A DNA stretch of 64,000 bases, from NCBI GenBank assembly GCA_964428315.1, contig CAYRXT010000003.1:4151-68150 (forward strand). Reading direction: 5' to 3'. Below the pieces are notes generated by a model that saw only the letters and a program-made list of their open reading frames with translations, searched no databases and had not been told where the DNA came from. Both the position numbers and the translations under genes were made by a program. This document shows, piece by piece, positions 19,109 through 28,459 of this stretch (position 1 is the first letter of the stretch; the number at the start of each line of letters is the position of its first letter). Source of the stretch: an uncultured Planctomycetales bacterium. GTDB lineage: Bacteria; Omnitrophota; Gorgyraeia; Zapsychrales; CAYRXT01.

Positions 19109-21534
19109 GACGCGAATCCTTTCTCCCGTATCTTCTCTTCATTCATAAGTTTTCTGTAACGGGCAAAGGTTAACCCATAGATAGTCCAAATCGGAATCGC
19201 CGTGTAAGGGACCTCGAGCACCACCAGAAAATTGGCGGCCACAAACCAGTTGATAACGGCGGCCGAAAGCATGACCCCGATTAATGATTTCTTTTTCAGA
19301 AATAAGCCTATCATGTTCAACAAAAGGCCGAAAACAACTAGTAACCCGAACAGGCCGACCAGCCCGGAACGATAGAGTATGTGCAGAAAGGAATTGTGCG
19401 CCGCGACCCATCCGTCGCGCCGCCATTCGCCGGTGCCCCATCCGAGGACCTCGAGACTGATCGAACGCAGGGGTTTGCCAAACATGAAACCCAGATACGG
19501 AAAAGGCCGGTTATGCCAAAATTCATTGATCATGTCTTTCCAGATAAACAGACGAAACGCGACGTTCGTATAATACACGGCCTGGGGACGGGAAGGCTCG
19601 GCCTTTATCCTGCCGGCTTGCCTGTTACGGGGTTTCTCCGCTGAATCTCGGGATGCCTTTTCTATCCTTTCGCGCGCCCTTTCAAAAATGCCCGGGCTTT
19701 TCGAAGGCAGGCCCTCCATCGATGAGCTAAAGGTTTTTTTCGAAGCCGGTTTGCTGATCGAAGCGATGCCGGTTTGCGGATGTCGAACAGTTTTTAAGTG
19801 GGCCGCGGGCGCCAGATGGAAGTCTTGCGAGGAGGCTTCGTTTGATTGTTCAGATGCTTCGGCCTCCTGTTTCATGCCGGCCTGCAATTCTTTCTCGATC
19901 CCTTCGGCCCGTCTATGCCTTTGACCGGGGCTCCTGTCGACCGAATCAGGCCTCGGCACAGTATCTAGCGCTTCAACTGCTCTGTCTCCGGGTCCCGCCT
20001 GTGCGGACGGAGTCCGCGTCCCCTCGATTTGCGGCTCGGAAGCCACGGAGTCTTTTTCGATTCCCTGGACGGACAAATCTTCAGCCTTGCCCTGGTCCGC
20101 CTCCCTCCCCGATATTGAAACCTGCGCGGTCTCACTTAACGAGCCAGTCAACGGGACCTCATCTTCTGTCTTTTCACCAAGCCGAGCTTCTTCCTCACGG
20201 TGTTCAGCCGCGCCTTCTTCCAAAATATTGCCGGCAGCCGCGCCTCGCGTCCCGGCCGTCACTGTAGCGTCATCCTCGTCCCCTGCTGATAGCTCTTCCG
20301 TCTTTGTCTGCTCATCCACAATCTGTCGACCTTCTTCCGGCATATCAGGTCTTCCCGATTTTCCCAATGCATTGTCCTTTCTCATAACCATGGCTAAACG
20401 CGCATAATACTCTTTGTCTCGCTCCAAGTCCTTAAACAGCTTTTCACTCTCGAGTGGTAAAACCCTAAAAACAGGCCCTCCTTCATATACTTCGGCATCC
20501 AGGGACTTCTCTAAATCCTCTTCGCCCGAGAGCCCTTCTCCCGTCTCCTTCGCCCCCAGACCGCGCAGCCTTCGGCTGATTTTTATCTTTCTCTTCTTAT
20601 CAATGACGCGAAGGATGCTGTTGACTTCCTTTCGCTGTCTTTCGATAAAATTGCACTCGTTCGGGCTGTAGACCTTCAGATCCTCGATTTCATGCGGCCG
20701 GTAATAAGGGATTCTGTTCTGAACTGTCTGATTGTAATAATAATAAACCTCCAGAATTTTAGGCCAGTTCAAGATCGAACGCAGAGACCGCTGGTCAGCG
20801 ATTCGCGCGTAACCAAGGAAGACAGTCAGGACAACGCACGTTAAAATTAAAACCTTCTTCAGGCGGTTAACATTCCATATGAAAAAAAGAGGCCCTATAA
20901 GAAACGCTCCGGCCACAAAGTTGCTTACCATCATCATCCGCGCCGTCTTAAATAAAAGCCGGAACTCAAACAGAGCCAGGAAAACAGCCAACAAAACGTA
21001 GCGAAGTCTCCCCGGGATTTTATAGATCAAGATTAAACCAAGCATGAGCACGCTAAAAAGCCAATAATGATCAAAAATACCAATTAAAAATGCCCCGAAA
21101 AATAAACCCAAAATTGCTACATTGACCGGTGTCGTAAAAAATTCTTTCCGGTAAAAACTCCACGTCAAAACGGCAAAGAGAGGATAATAAAACAGGGCCG
21201 CGTTACGGAAGGCCAGAGGCCCCCAATGGGCGTACCCCGCGAACGCCTTGCCCAGGACAAACGCCAAATAACCGGCCATAACAAAGCTCCACAATCCGGT
21301 CAGACGCCGTTTCCCGAGCAGGGCCTGTTTCCAGAGAAAAAGACCCAGGCAGAAGGCCAGAAATATTTCCCCGGTGAAGACCGGAAAATCCAAAAAAGGC
21401 AGTCGCAGATGCATCTGCGCGAATGAACGTTTGAACATAAAGTACATCATGCATAAAAATCCGATCAGACAAAAACCTGCTGCGTCAATCCAGAAGATCC
21501 GATCATCCAGATTCTTTACCGGCCATCTACGCAT
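19105..21534 (-). CDS. O-antigen ligase-like membrane protein with a very long low-complexity insertion
   Basis: TM-rich N-terminus, about 350 aa of charged/polar linker, then NVAFRLFIW...AHNSFLHILYRSGLVG and TMs. Confidence 0.75.
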   Translation of the reverse strand: MRRWPVKNLDDRIFWIDAAGFCLIGFLCMMYFMFKRSFAQMHLRLPFLDFPVFTGEIFLAFCLGLFLWKQALLGKRRLTGLWSFVMAGYLAFVLGKAFAGYAHWGPLAFRNAALFYYPLFAVLTWSFYRKEFFTTPVNVAILGLFFGAFLIGIFDHYWLFSVLMLGLILIYKIPGRLRYVLLAVFLALFEFRLLFKTARMMMVSNFVAGAFLIGPLFFIWNVNRLKKVLILTCVVLTVFLGYARIADQRSLRSILNWPKILEVYYYYNQTVQNRIPYYRPHEIEDLKVYSPNECNFIERQRKEVNSILRVIDKKRKIKISRRLRGLGAKETGEGLSGEEDLEKSLDAEVYEGGPVFRVLPLESEKLFKDLERDKEYYARLAMVMRKDNALGKSGRPDMPEEGRQIVDEQTKTEELSAGDEDDATVTAGTRGAAAGNILEEGAAEHREEEARLGEKTEDEVPLTGSLSETAQVSISGREADQGKAEDLSVQGIEKDSVASEPQIEGTRTPSAQAGPGDRAVEALDTVPRPDSVDRSPGQRHRRAEGIEKELQAGMKQEAEASEQSNEASSQDFHLAPAAHLKTVRHPQTGIASISKPASKKTFSSSMEGLPSKSPGIFERARERIEKASRDSAEKPRNRQAGRIKAEPSRPQAVYYTNVAFRLFIWKDMINEFWHNRPFPYLGFMFGKPLRSISLEVLGWGTGEWRRDGWVAAHNSFLHILYRSGLVGLFGLLVVFGLLLNMIGLFLKKKSLIGVMLSAAVINWFVAANFLVVLEVPYTAIPIWTIYGLTFARYRKLMNEEKIREKGFAS

Positions 21535-22372
21535 GAGGGGCCTCCGAAGTTTTCCATTGCCGCCAATAATATCCTTTGCATCCTTTCAAAAATGTCCGCT
21601 TAGTCCGCGCGGCCGCCGTCAGGACGCCGCAAAGGCCTTGCCTGAATAGCGGAAAACAACGCCTCATGAAAGGATCATTCGCCATGAGAGAGCGTCTTTT
21701 TTCTTGAAGCTGTTTCCGGGTGCCTGTAAAACTCTTGCTTTCCCCGTGCGCGCGGAAATTCGCCATCACCTGGGGGATGTGCCTGAACCTGAAACCGCGC
21801 AGGGCCAGCCGCAGAAAGAAATCATAATCCATGGAATACCGGTAATCCTCATCCAGAAAATGTCCTTCATCAAAAATGCGCCGACGGAAAAAGGATGCCG
21901 TCGACGGGATGGGAAGAACGTGCAGATACTTTAGCATGAAGAGATCGAAATCCAGCTCCCGGCGGTTCTGCACGGTCCGGCCTTCCTCGTCGATCAAACG
22001 GTAATCCCCGTAAACGACGTCCGCGCTTTTATCCTCTTCGAAGGAACGGCTCACGCGCTCAAAACATCCCGGCAGGTAACTGTCGTCCGCGTTCAGCCAG
22101 CCGATAATATCGCCTTTTGCCCGGCGGAAGCCCTTGTTCAGGGCGTCGCTCTGCCCGCGGTCCGGTTCTCGGACAATCTCAAGGCCCGGGTAGCCGCTCA
22201 AAATATCCGCGGTGTTGTCGTTCGAACAGTTATCCACAACAATGTGCTCCACAAACGGATACCCCTGCGCCCTTACGCTTTCGACGGCCTCCCGTATAAA
22301 CTTTCCTTGATTAAAGGACGGCGTCACAACGGTGATCAAAGGTTTTTGTGTCCTATCGTTCATCTTCCGCAA
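21527..22372 (-). CDS. GT2 glycosyltransferase
   Basis: VTPSFNQG, DRGQSDALNKG, WLNADD and MDYDFFLR motifs. Confidence 0.92.
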   Translation of the reverse strand: MRKMNDRTQKPLITVVTPSFNQGKFIREAVESVRAQGYPFVEHIVVDNCSNDNTADILSGYPGLEIVREPDRGQSDALNKGFRRAKGDIIGWLNADDSYLPGCFERVSRSFEEDKSADVVYGDYRLIDEEGRTVQNRRELDFDLFMLKYLHVLPIPSTASFFRRRIFDEGHFLDEDYRYSMDYDFFLRLALRGFRFRHIPQVMANFRAHGESKSFTGTRKQLQEKRRSLMANDPFMRRCFPLFRQGLCGVLTAAARTKRTFLKGCKGYYWRQWKTSEAPHA

Positions 22373-23372
22373 AAGCGCCCCGCGCGTGCGCAGCCCTGTA
22401 TTTCTGGTACTGTTTCTCTTCGGCGACCAAACGCGCGATCAACTCTGAGAAAGAGAGGCGATAATCCCAGCGAAGCTGTTTCTTCGCTTTCGAAGGGTCA
22501 CCGCAAATGGCCTCGATGTCGGAAGGCCGAAAGAGCCCCTCATCAATAATGACATGCTCCCGCCAGTGCAGGTCGAGTTCGGCGAAGACCTTCTCGATAA
22601 AGGAGCGCAGGCTGTGCATATCGCTGGTCGCGATGATATAGTCGTCCGGCCTCCTCTGCTGAAGCATCAGCCACATCGCCCTGACGTAATCCGGCGCGTA
22701 TCCCCAGTCCCGCTTGACATAAATATTGCCCAAGGTCAACTTTTCATTGCTTCCGTTTTTAATGCGAATAGCCGTCGAAAGGATCTTCTTCGTCACAAAG
22801 TGGCTTTTGCGCAGCACGGATTCATGGTTAAACAGGATCCCGCAGCAGCTGAACAGACCGAAGGCCTCGCGGTAATTGATGGTCGTCCAGTGACAGGCGG
22901 CCTTGGAGATCGCGTAGGGGCTTACCGGATGAAGGACCGCGTCCTCCGCGACCGGAAGGTCTTTGACATGGCCGAACATCTCACTGGTTGAGGCCTGATA
23001 AAACCGTGTTTTTAAAGACAGACTGCGGACCGATTCCAGCAGATGCAGGGTGCTGGACAGATTGAAGGCCATGGTCATCCGGGGATGGGCGAAAGAAAAC
23101 CCCACGGAACTCTGGGCCGCGAGATGATATATTTCTTCCGGCCGGCTGTCATTTAACAAATTTTTCACCGCGTCGCTGTTTAATAGATCCAGACGGATCA
23201 AGCGCACCTTATCGCGGATGCCGAGGTAGTCCAGACCGGAAAGGTCCGTATCCTTATCGGCACGGATGACGCCTGTCACCTCGTAACCTTTATTCAGGAG
23301 AAACCGGGCAAGGTAACAGCCGTCTTGACCGTTTATTCCTGTGATCAAAGACTTTTTCGGATTGTGATCCAT
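22353..23372 (-). CDS. gmd: GDP-mannose 4,6-dehydratase (second, divergent copy)
   Basis: ITGINGQDG, AAQSSV, QASTSEMFG, SPYAISK, LFNHES and RDWGYAPDYV motifs. Start moved to ATG 23372. Confidence 0.85.
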   Translation of the reverse strand: MDHNPKKSLITGINGQDGCYLARFLLNKGYEVTGVIRADKDTDLSGLDYLGIRDKVRLIRLDLLNSDAVKNLLNDSRPEEIYHLAAQSSVGFSFAHPRMTMAFNLSSTLHLLESVRSLSLKTRFYQASTSEMFGHVKDLPVAEDAVLHPVSPYAISKAACHWTTINYREAFGLFSCCGILFNHESVLRKSHFVTKKILSTAIRIKNGSNEKLTLGNIYVKRDWGYAPDYVRAMWLMLQQRRPDDYIIATSDMHSLRSFIEKVFAELDLHWREHVIIDEGLFRPSDIEAICGDPSKAKKQLRWDYRLSFSELIARLVAEEKQYQKYRAAHARGAFAEDER

Positions 23373-24484
23373 TATGTCGATCTTTCTGTCAATACACTTT
23401 TGTAGACATCCAGCGTCTTTCTGGCTGTTTTCTCCCAGGAAAACATTTCCACGCGCTTCAGTCCGTCCTTTATCCGCTGTCCCGTCCTCCCTTGCGACCA
23501 CACATCGTCCAAGGCCCGGCGCAAGGCCTCGGCATCCCGTGGATCGAAATAATGCGGGCAAGATCCCGCGATCTCTTCGGTGGTAGGAATTCTCGAGGCC
23601 ACAACCGGACAGCCGCAGGCCATCGCCTCCAAAAGCGGAATACCGAACCCCTCGTACAAAGACGGGTAAACAAAGGCCTCGGCCTGATTATACAACTCGC
23701 ATAATTTCTCATCGTCGATATAGGACAGGCGCTTAACGGTTTTATCCAGCCCTGACTCCCGGACCTTTCTGTTTTCTTCCCGCGACCAGGGCGGCCCCAC
23801 GGCCACGAGATCATAATCCTCCTTTTTCGACCACCGCGAAAAGGCCTTCAACAACAGATCGAAATTCTTGTAATGCACGCGGCTGCCGACATAAAGCAGA
23901 AACGGCCTTTGTGGCCTTTCAATGTCTTCTTTAGGGCGAAAGGTTTCCGCCGCAGCCAGGTGCACCACATAAGTTTTTTCCGGCGCGACATCATGAAACC
24001 GGATGAGATCCCTGCGGGTCGTCTCCGAGATACAGATCACCGCCTCCGCGCACTTGATACATCTTTTTTTGCACAGACGGAAGGCCCCGTTGTCCCTGCC
24101 AGGCAATAACTCGGGGAACCATTCATGGATCAAATCGGCCACCGTCAGGACAACAGGCAGGGACCGGCCCTGCGGCAAGGTATAATAGGTCGAATGCCAT
24201 ATTTGCCCGGGCGTTGTTTTTATAATCCAGGGGAACAATACCCTTCTCGCCAAGAATCTCACTCCCCGCCGGAGAAACCGATTCCCGCCTGAAAAGGACA
24301 GCAACTCTCGACGGGCGATGCGCGCGTGGGCGGGCAGATCTTCTCCGGGGACACCTTGGGACAAAAGCGTCACGCGAATATCCGGCTCGACCGAGCACAA
24401 CCGCGGGAGGGTCTCGTGAAATATCCGCGAGATCCCTCCCCTCTTCTGAAGCTCGTATATTATTCCGTCGACAATAAGATCCAT
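23372..24484 (-). CDS. GT4 glycosyltransferase
   Basis: GGISR, YVGSR..YKNF, PSLYEGFGIPLLEAMACG and FSWEKTA motifs. Confidence 0.93.
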   Translation of the reverse strand: MDLIVDGIIYELQKRGGISRIFHETLPRLCSVEPDIRVTLLSQGVPGEDLPAHARIARRELLSFSGGNRFLRRGVRFLARRVLFPWIIKTTPGQIWHSTYYTLPQGRSLPVVLTVADLIHEWFPELLPGRDNGAFRLCKKRCIKCAEAVICISETTRRDLIRFHDVAPEKTYVVHLAAAETFRPKEDIERPQRPFLLYVGSRVHYKNFDLLLKAFSRWSKKEDYDLVAVGPPWSREENRKVRESGLDKTVKRLSYIDDEKLCELYNQAEAFVYPSLYEGFGIPLLEAMACGCPVVASRIPTTEEIAGSCPHYFDPRDAEALRRALDDVWSQGRTGQRIKDGLKRVEMFSWEKTARKTLDVYKSVLTERST

Positions 24485-24488
24485 GGAG

Positions 24489-26234
24489 TTAAAGGGTTAT
24501 TTCAATACAGGCCACGGCCCTGGCGGCCGCGGCGAAATCCGCGTCAAATTTTTTTGAAGCATGAACGTCAAAATAACGATTGTCACTGCATTGCGTCACT
24601 TGGCCCGCCTTCCAACCCCCTGGCGTATAAGTGTAATAATTCACAGCCACATGTCCCGAACCAAAAACCTCAATAATTCTGCGGATCATCACCTCATCAA
24701 ATTGCTGCAGCCAGGAGAGGTTTTCATAACGCCCGTAAGGGACTGTTAAAAAAACCCTCCCCCCCTTCCTGACGAGACGACGGAGTTCCTTAACAGCGAT
24801 AAGATAATCCTGCGGTCTGGCTTCGCAAAATCGTTCGTCATTTGTATAAACGCGAACGTTATCCATACCGATATGCTCAAGTGTTGACAGGCAAACAATC
24901 TCGTCAAAGGCTTCATCCTCAAACCCCGTCTTTCTTAAGTCACCGCGTACGTATGATAGATCCTTGCGGTCGATACGCCGCTCCTTTGTCAGGTTAAAAA
25001 CAACAATCCTTTTTTTAAGCAATATTTCATTTTCCAGTAGATAAGAATAGTTGAGGACGGCCCCGGCATCCAAAAGCCGGGCCGGGCCACGGTCAAGTCG
25101 AGAAAAAAGCCATGGATATTCAACAATCCTTTCATCCACTCTAAGCCCGAAACCGTCTGGAAGGGACATCCCGGCCCTGAAATTTTCCAGTAATAACGGA
25201 TCTCTCAATACCCGGCTGATAGATCGCTCCTTATATTCCCGATAACCAAACGACCAAGGTCGCTTTCCATGCAGATAAAAATACGCAATCCTCAAGCTAT
25301 GAACGCCCGATCGCAAAATGCCTTTGTTCCATTTTCTGAATCTTCCGCAGGACATCATTTTCATGAAGCATCTCTGTTTGTCCCTTAGGACCCAATATAT
25401 ACGTCGCATCAAAAACAAAATATAGTAATATAACGATATCAAGGACAGCTTGATTTTTTTCCAAATTTTCACAGACATGCGAAAAATAATTTTCTGTAAC
25501 CATAACTCCCTTATTAAGTAAGGAAAATAAACATGGGGGTTCTGTTTTAGGCACTGCGCCTTGGCATTGGCCTTGAAATTTGCCGAAGCACCACCCCAGC
25601 GCTTATGCAGTTGAACTTCATTAATTATAAAAAACTCACCCAACAGGCTTAAATGGGCCAAGAAGAGATGGTCGCAGGTCAATATCTGCTTGAGCGGCAA
25701 TACCTTTTTAAGAATGTCCCTTTTGTGAAGACCATAGAAAATGCCGTTCAAACACGATCCGTTCTGTAAATAGGAAAGATACATGGCGAATCGCCTCTCT
25801 GGAGACTGACCGACAGTATTAATGCCACGATCCAAGATGAGCCTCTCGCCGCTAACCGCATTAAATCCTTCCGTGTATGTCCCCACTGAAACGATACCGT
25901 TTGAATAACCAAAGGCCGCCAAACATCGGCTGATGTAGTTCCTGCCCCGCCAGTCATCGTGCGCGGACCACATAAAGTATTTGCCATCCGCAAGATCAAA
26001 GACCCTGTTAAAATTCCAAGCCGAGCCCCTGTTCTTTTCCTCCCGGACATAGCGGATGCGATAGTCTGATTCAGCCAATCGACGGCAAATCTCAGGCGTC
26101 TTATCACGCGAGCCATTGTCAGAGATAATAATTTCAAAATCCTGATAATCCTGAGCCAATAGCGATTTTACTGCATTTTCGAGATGTGCTTCTCCATTAT
26201 AGACGGGTAATCCTATGGCAACATTCATCTCCAT
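24489..26234 (-). CDS. GT2 glycosyltransferase fused to a class I SAM methyltransferase domain
   Basis: N-terminal GLPVYNGE, ISDNGSRD and WSAHDD. C-terminal ERIVEYPW, LLDAGA and CLSTLEHIG. AAGGA precedes ATG 26234. Confidence 0.82.
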   Translation of the reverse strand: MEMNVAIGLPVYNGEAHLENAVKSLLAQDYQDFEIIISDNGSRDKTPEICRRLAESDYRIRYVREEKNRGSAWNFNRVFDLADGKYFMWSAHDDWRGRNYISRCLAAFGYSNGIVSVGTYTEGFNAVSGERLILDRGINTVGQSPERRFAMYLSYLQNGSCLNGIFYGLHKRDILKKVLPLKQILTCDHLFLAHLSLLGEFFIINEVQLHKRWGGASANFKANAKAQCLKQNPHVYFPYLIRELWLQKIIFRMSVKIWKKIKLSLISLYYYILFLMRRIYWVLRDKQRCFMKMMSCGRFRKWNKGILRSGVHSLRIAYFYLHGKRPWSFGYREYKERSISRVLRDPLLLENFRAGMSLPDGFGLRVDERIVEYPWLFSRLDRGPARLLDAGAVLNYSYLLENEILLKKRIVVFNLTKERRIDRKDLSYVRGDLRKTGFEDEAFDEIVCLSTLEHIGMDNVRVYTNDERFCEARPQDYLIAVKELRRLVRKGGRVFLTVPYGRYENLSWLQQFDEVMIRRIIEVFGSGHVAVNYYTYTPGGWKAGQVTQCSDNRYFDVHASKKFDADFAAAARAVACIEITL

Positions 26235-26245
26235 TACAAATTCCT

Positions 26246-27010
26246 TTATTTTCTCTTCAACCAGGCATCCGGCCAATGGGTGACATTCTTCCGCAAATTG
26301 CTTTCATTAAACAGCCAATCTGGCTGTTCAAGAATAAACTCAGGATGGCAAGCTAAAAATTCATTAACCGCCTCTACAGGGTTGCCGTTAGACAAATACA
26401 TGCAGCCTCTCGGCGTGTCCTTGAGGTCACGGATTATACCATCTGTCGCAACGATATAAGACCCCGGACTGACCAGAGAATTATAGGCCTGCAATTCCTT
26501 AAAAACATGTTCCTTTCCATGGAATGAGTCGAGGAAGACAATCGCCCGTTCGTTAGATGTAATTTCTTTTTTGACGGACTCGACAGTGCCGGGATCAATC
26601 GAATCGCCTTCGATCAATGTGATTAAGGATGACAATTCATGAGACTCGATGGCCCGCCGGTTGTGAGGCCGGATTGCGATGTCGATTCCAATGACACGGC
26701 CGCAACCCATCAACCTGCATAAGCTTGCGAAGAATATCAGAGACCCGCCATGGGCGACACCCGTCTCAACGATCACGTCGGGTCGAAGACGATAAATCAC
26801 CTCCTGAACGCGGATTAAATCTTCTGGCAATTGAATGACTGGCCGTCCAAGCCAAGTGAAGGTGTATGTGTACTTTTCATTCCAACAGATTTTCAGCCAT
26901 TCTTGTGAAATGATTTCAAAAGCCTCGCGGGAATAGAGCGGGATTTCTTTTAAAGCATTACGCTCCTGAATTGACAGGATGCGCCGTTTCGTATCAATGA
27001 CGAATTTCAT
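26246..27010 (-). CDS. CmcI/cephalosporin-hydroxylase family, probable sugar O-methyltransferase
   Basis: FTWLGRPVIQLPED, ETGVAHGGSL, GIDI, EGDS and LDS.H motifs. Confidence 0.88.
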   Translation of the reverse strand: MKFVIDTKRRILSIQERNALKEIPLYSREAFEIISQEWLKICWNEKYTYTFTWLGRPVIQLPEDLIRVQEVIYRLRPDVIVETGVAHGGSLIFFASLCRLMGCGRVIGIDIAIRPHNRRAIESHELSSLITLIEGDSIDPGTVESVKKEITSNERAIVFLDSFHGKEHVFKELQAYNSLVSPGSYIVATDGIIRDLKDTPRGCMYLSNGNPVEAVNEFLACHPEFILEQPDWLFNESNLRKNVTHWPDAWLKRK

Positions 27011-27929
27011 GTCTTTCTCCGAATCGCGTAACTTTCCACCACTGAATCGTTTCCTTGAGTGCATTTTCAAGCGTGAAATGAGGCCTCCACCCGACCTCAT
27101 GATTCAGTCGGTGTGTATCCCCAACACAAATGGCCGGTCTCTGCTCATGGCCTTCTCCCTCAGGTAACAATAGGCAATCCTCGGCGTGCATTAGGTTCGC
27201 AAGTTGTTGAAGAATGTCGCGCAACACAATTGATTCTCCAGAGGCAATATTAACCGCCCCTTCGATATCTGCGGAAAAAAGATGAATAAATGCATCAGCA
27301 ACATCTTTAACGTACAGAAAATCCATTTGCGAACCGGCTGAGCGGCATCGAAAGATTTTCTTTTGTAAAAGAGCACAAATAGCGGAAGGGATCAATCGCT
27401 GCGCATTTTCATGTGGCCCGAAAGTAAAAAAGATATGTCCCCACGCTCCGCTCAGGGACTTCTTTCGGCAAAAATCATCGAAATATCGGTGAAAAGCCCT
27501 TTTTGCTTGACCATAAGCCGATATCGGCATCAGCGGCGTTTCACCTTCAACTTTCGGCCCTGTCGCATCTGCATCATACTCCGCGCATGTTCCGGCAACA
27601 ACGACCCGCTGCCCCCCTCGCTTCTGGAACTCTCTAAGGAGATGACAGCTGGCATCAAACCAGCGTTCATTCTCCGGTGACTGCCAGTATTCCCCCGGTT
27701 TAGTCATCCAAGCGAAATGAAACAGACTGTCGGGTTTGATCCGTTGACATAATTTTCCTACGGCAGAATTATCCAACAAATCCAATTTGTAGAGGTGCAA
27801 ATTTTCTCCGCGAAAAAATGCGTCCGTATATGTTAACGCGTGAATTTCATATTCTCTTTTGGCTTGAAGCAAACCCAAGACTTGCCGCCCAATAAAACCA
27901 TTAGCACCTGAGATTAAAACTCTATTCAT
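26994..27929 (-). CDS. NAD-dependent epimerase/4-ketoreductase (SDR)
   Basis: SGANGFIG, HFAW, GTCAEY, YGQAK and DFLYVKDVA motifs. Confidence 0.87.
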   Translation of the reverse strand: MNRVLISGANGFIGRQVLGLLQAKREYEIHALTYTDAFFRGENLHLYKLDLLDNSAVGKLCQRIKPDSLFHFAWMTKPGEYWQSPENERWFDASCHLLREFQKRGGQRVVVAGTCAEYDADATGPKVEGETPLMPISAYGQAKRAFHRYFDDFCRKKSLSGAWGHIFFTFGPHENAQRLIPSAICALLQKKIFRCRSAGSQMDFLYVKDVADAFIHLFSADIEGAVNIASGESIVLRDILQQLANLMHAEDCLLLPEGEGHEQRPAICVGDTHRLNHEVGWRPHFTLENALKETIQWWKVTRFGERHEIRH

Positions 27930-28459
27930 TACTTAAAATCAGGAAAGTCCCTGTCTCTCTGTGATAGAATGCGGTTTTTACAATCCGGCCATTCAATTTG
28001 AAATGCCGGATCATCCCAACGAACGCCCGCGGCCGATGCAGGATGGAATGGCCGCGACATCTGATACAAGACTTCACACCCCTCACACAGCGTCTGAAAA
28101 CCATGAGCCACGCCTTCAGGGATATATAGCATTGTTCGTTTCTCTGCGGATAACTCTAACCCGATCCAATTCCTGAAGGTCGGTGATGCCTGGCGCAGGT
28201 CTAACGCTACGTCATAAATGCAACCAGCCGTGCAGCGCACGACCTTCGCTTCCTCATACGGCTTCCGTTGGTAATGCATACCGCGCAATGTTCCCGTCTT
28301 CTTGTTAAATGAAATGCTGATTTGCTGAATGCAAGGATTAAGCCCTGCCTTACGGAATTCTTCACGGCAAAATATCCTTGCGAAAAAACCCCTCTCATCG
28401 CCCTTCGATTCAATCTCGATGACAAAAACTCCCAACACTTTTGTCTGAATAAATTTCAA
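27929..28459 (-). CDS. rfbC: RmlC-type NDP-4-keto-6-deoxyhexose 3,5-epimerase
   Basis: DERGFFAR, GTLRGMHYQ, HGFQTL and GVRWDDP motifs. TTG 28459 overlaps the upstream TGA, with GGAG upstream. Confidence 0.9.
   Translation of the reverse strand: MKFIQTKVLGVFVIEIESKGDERGFFARIFCREEFRKAGLNPCIQQISISFNKKTGTLRGMHYQRKPYEEAKVVRCTAGCIYDVALDLRQASPTFRNWIGLELSAEKRTMLYIPEGVAHGFQTLCEGCEVLYQMSRPFHPASAAGVRWDDPAFQIEWPDCKNRILSQRDRDFPDFK

Noticed and set aside
26246-27010. Cephalosporin or antibiotic biosynthesis
   Set aside because: CmcI-family proteins in sugar cassettes are methyltransferase-like, and no beta-lactam, NRPS or PKS genes are present.
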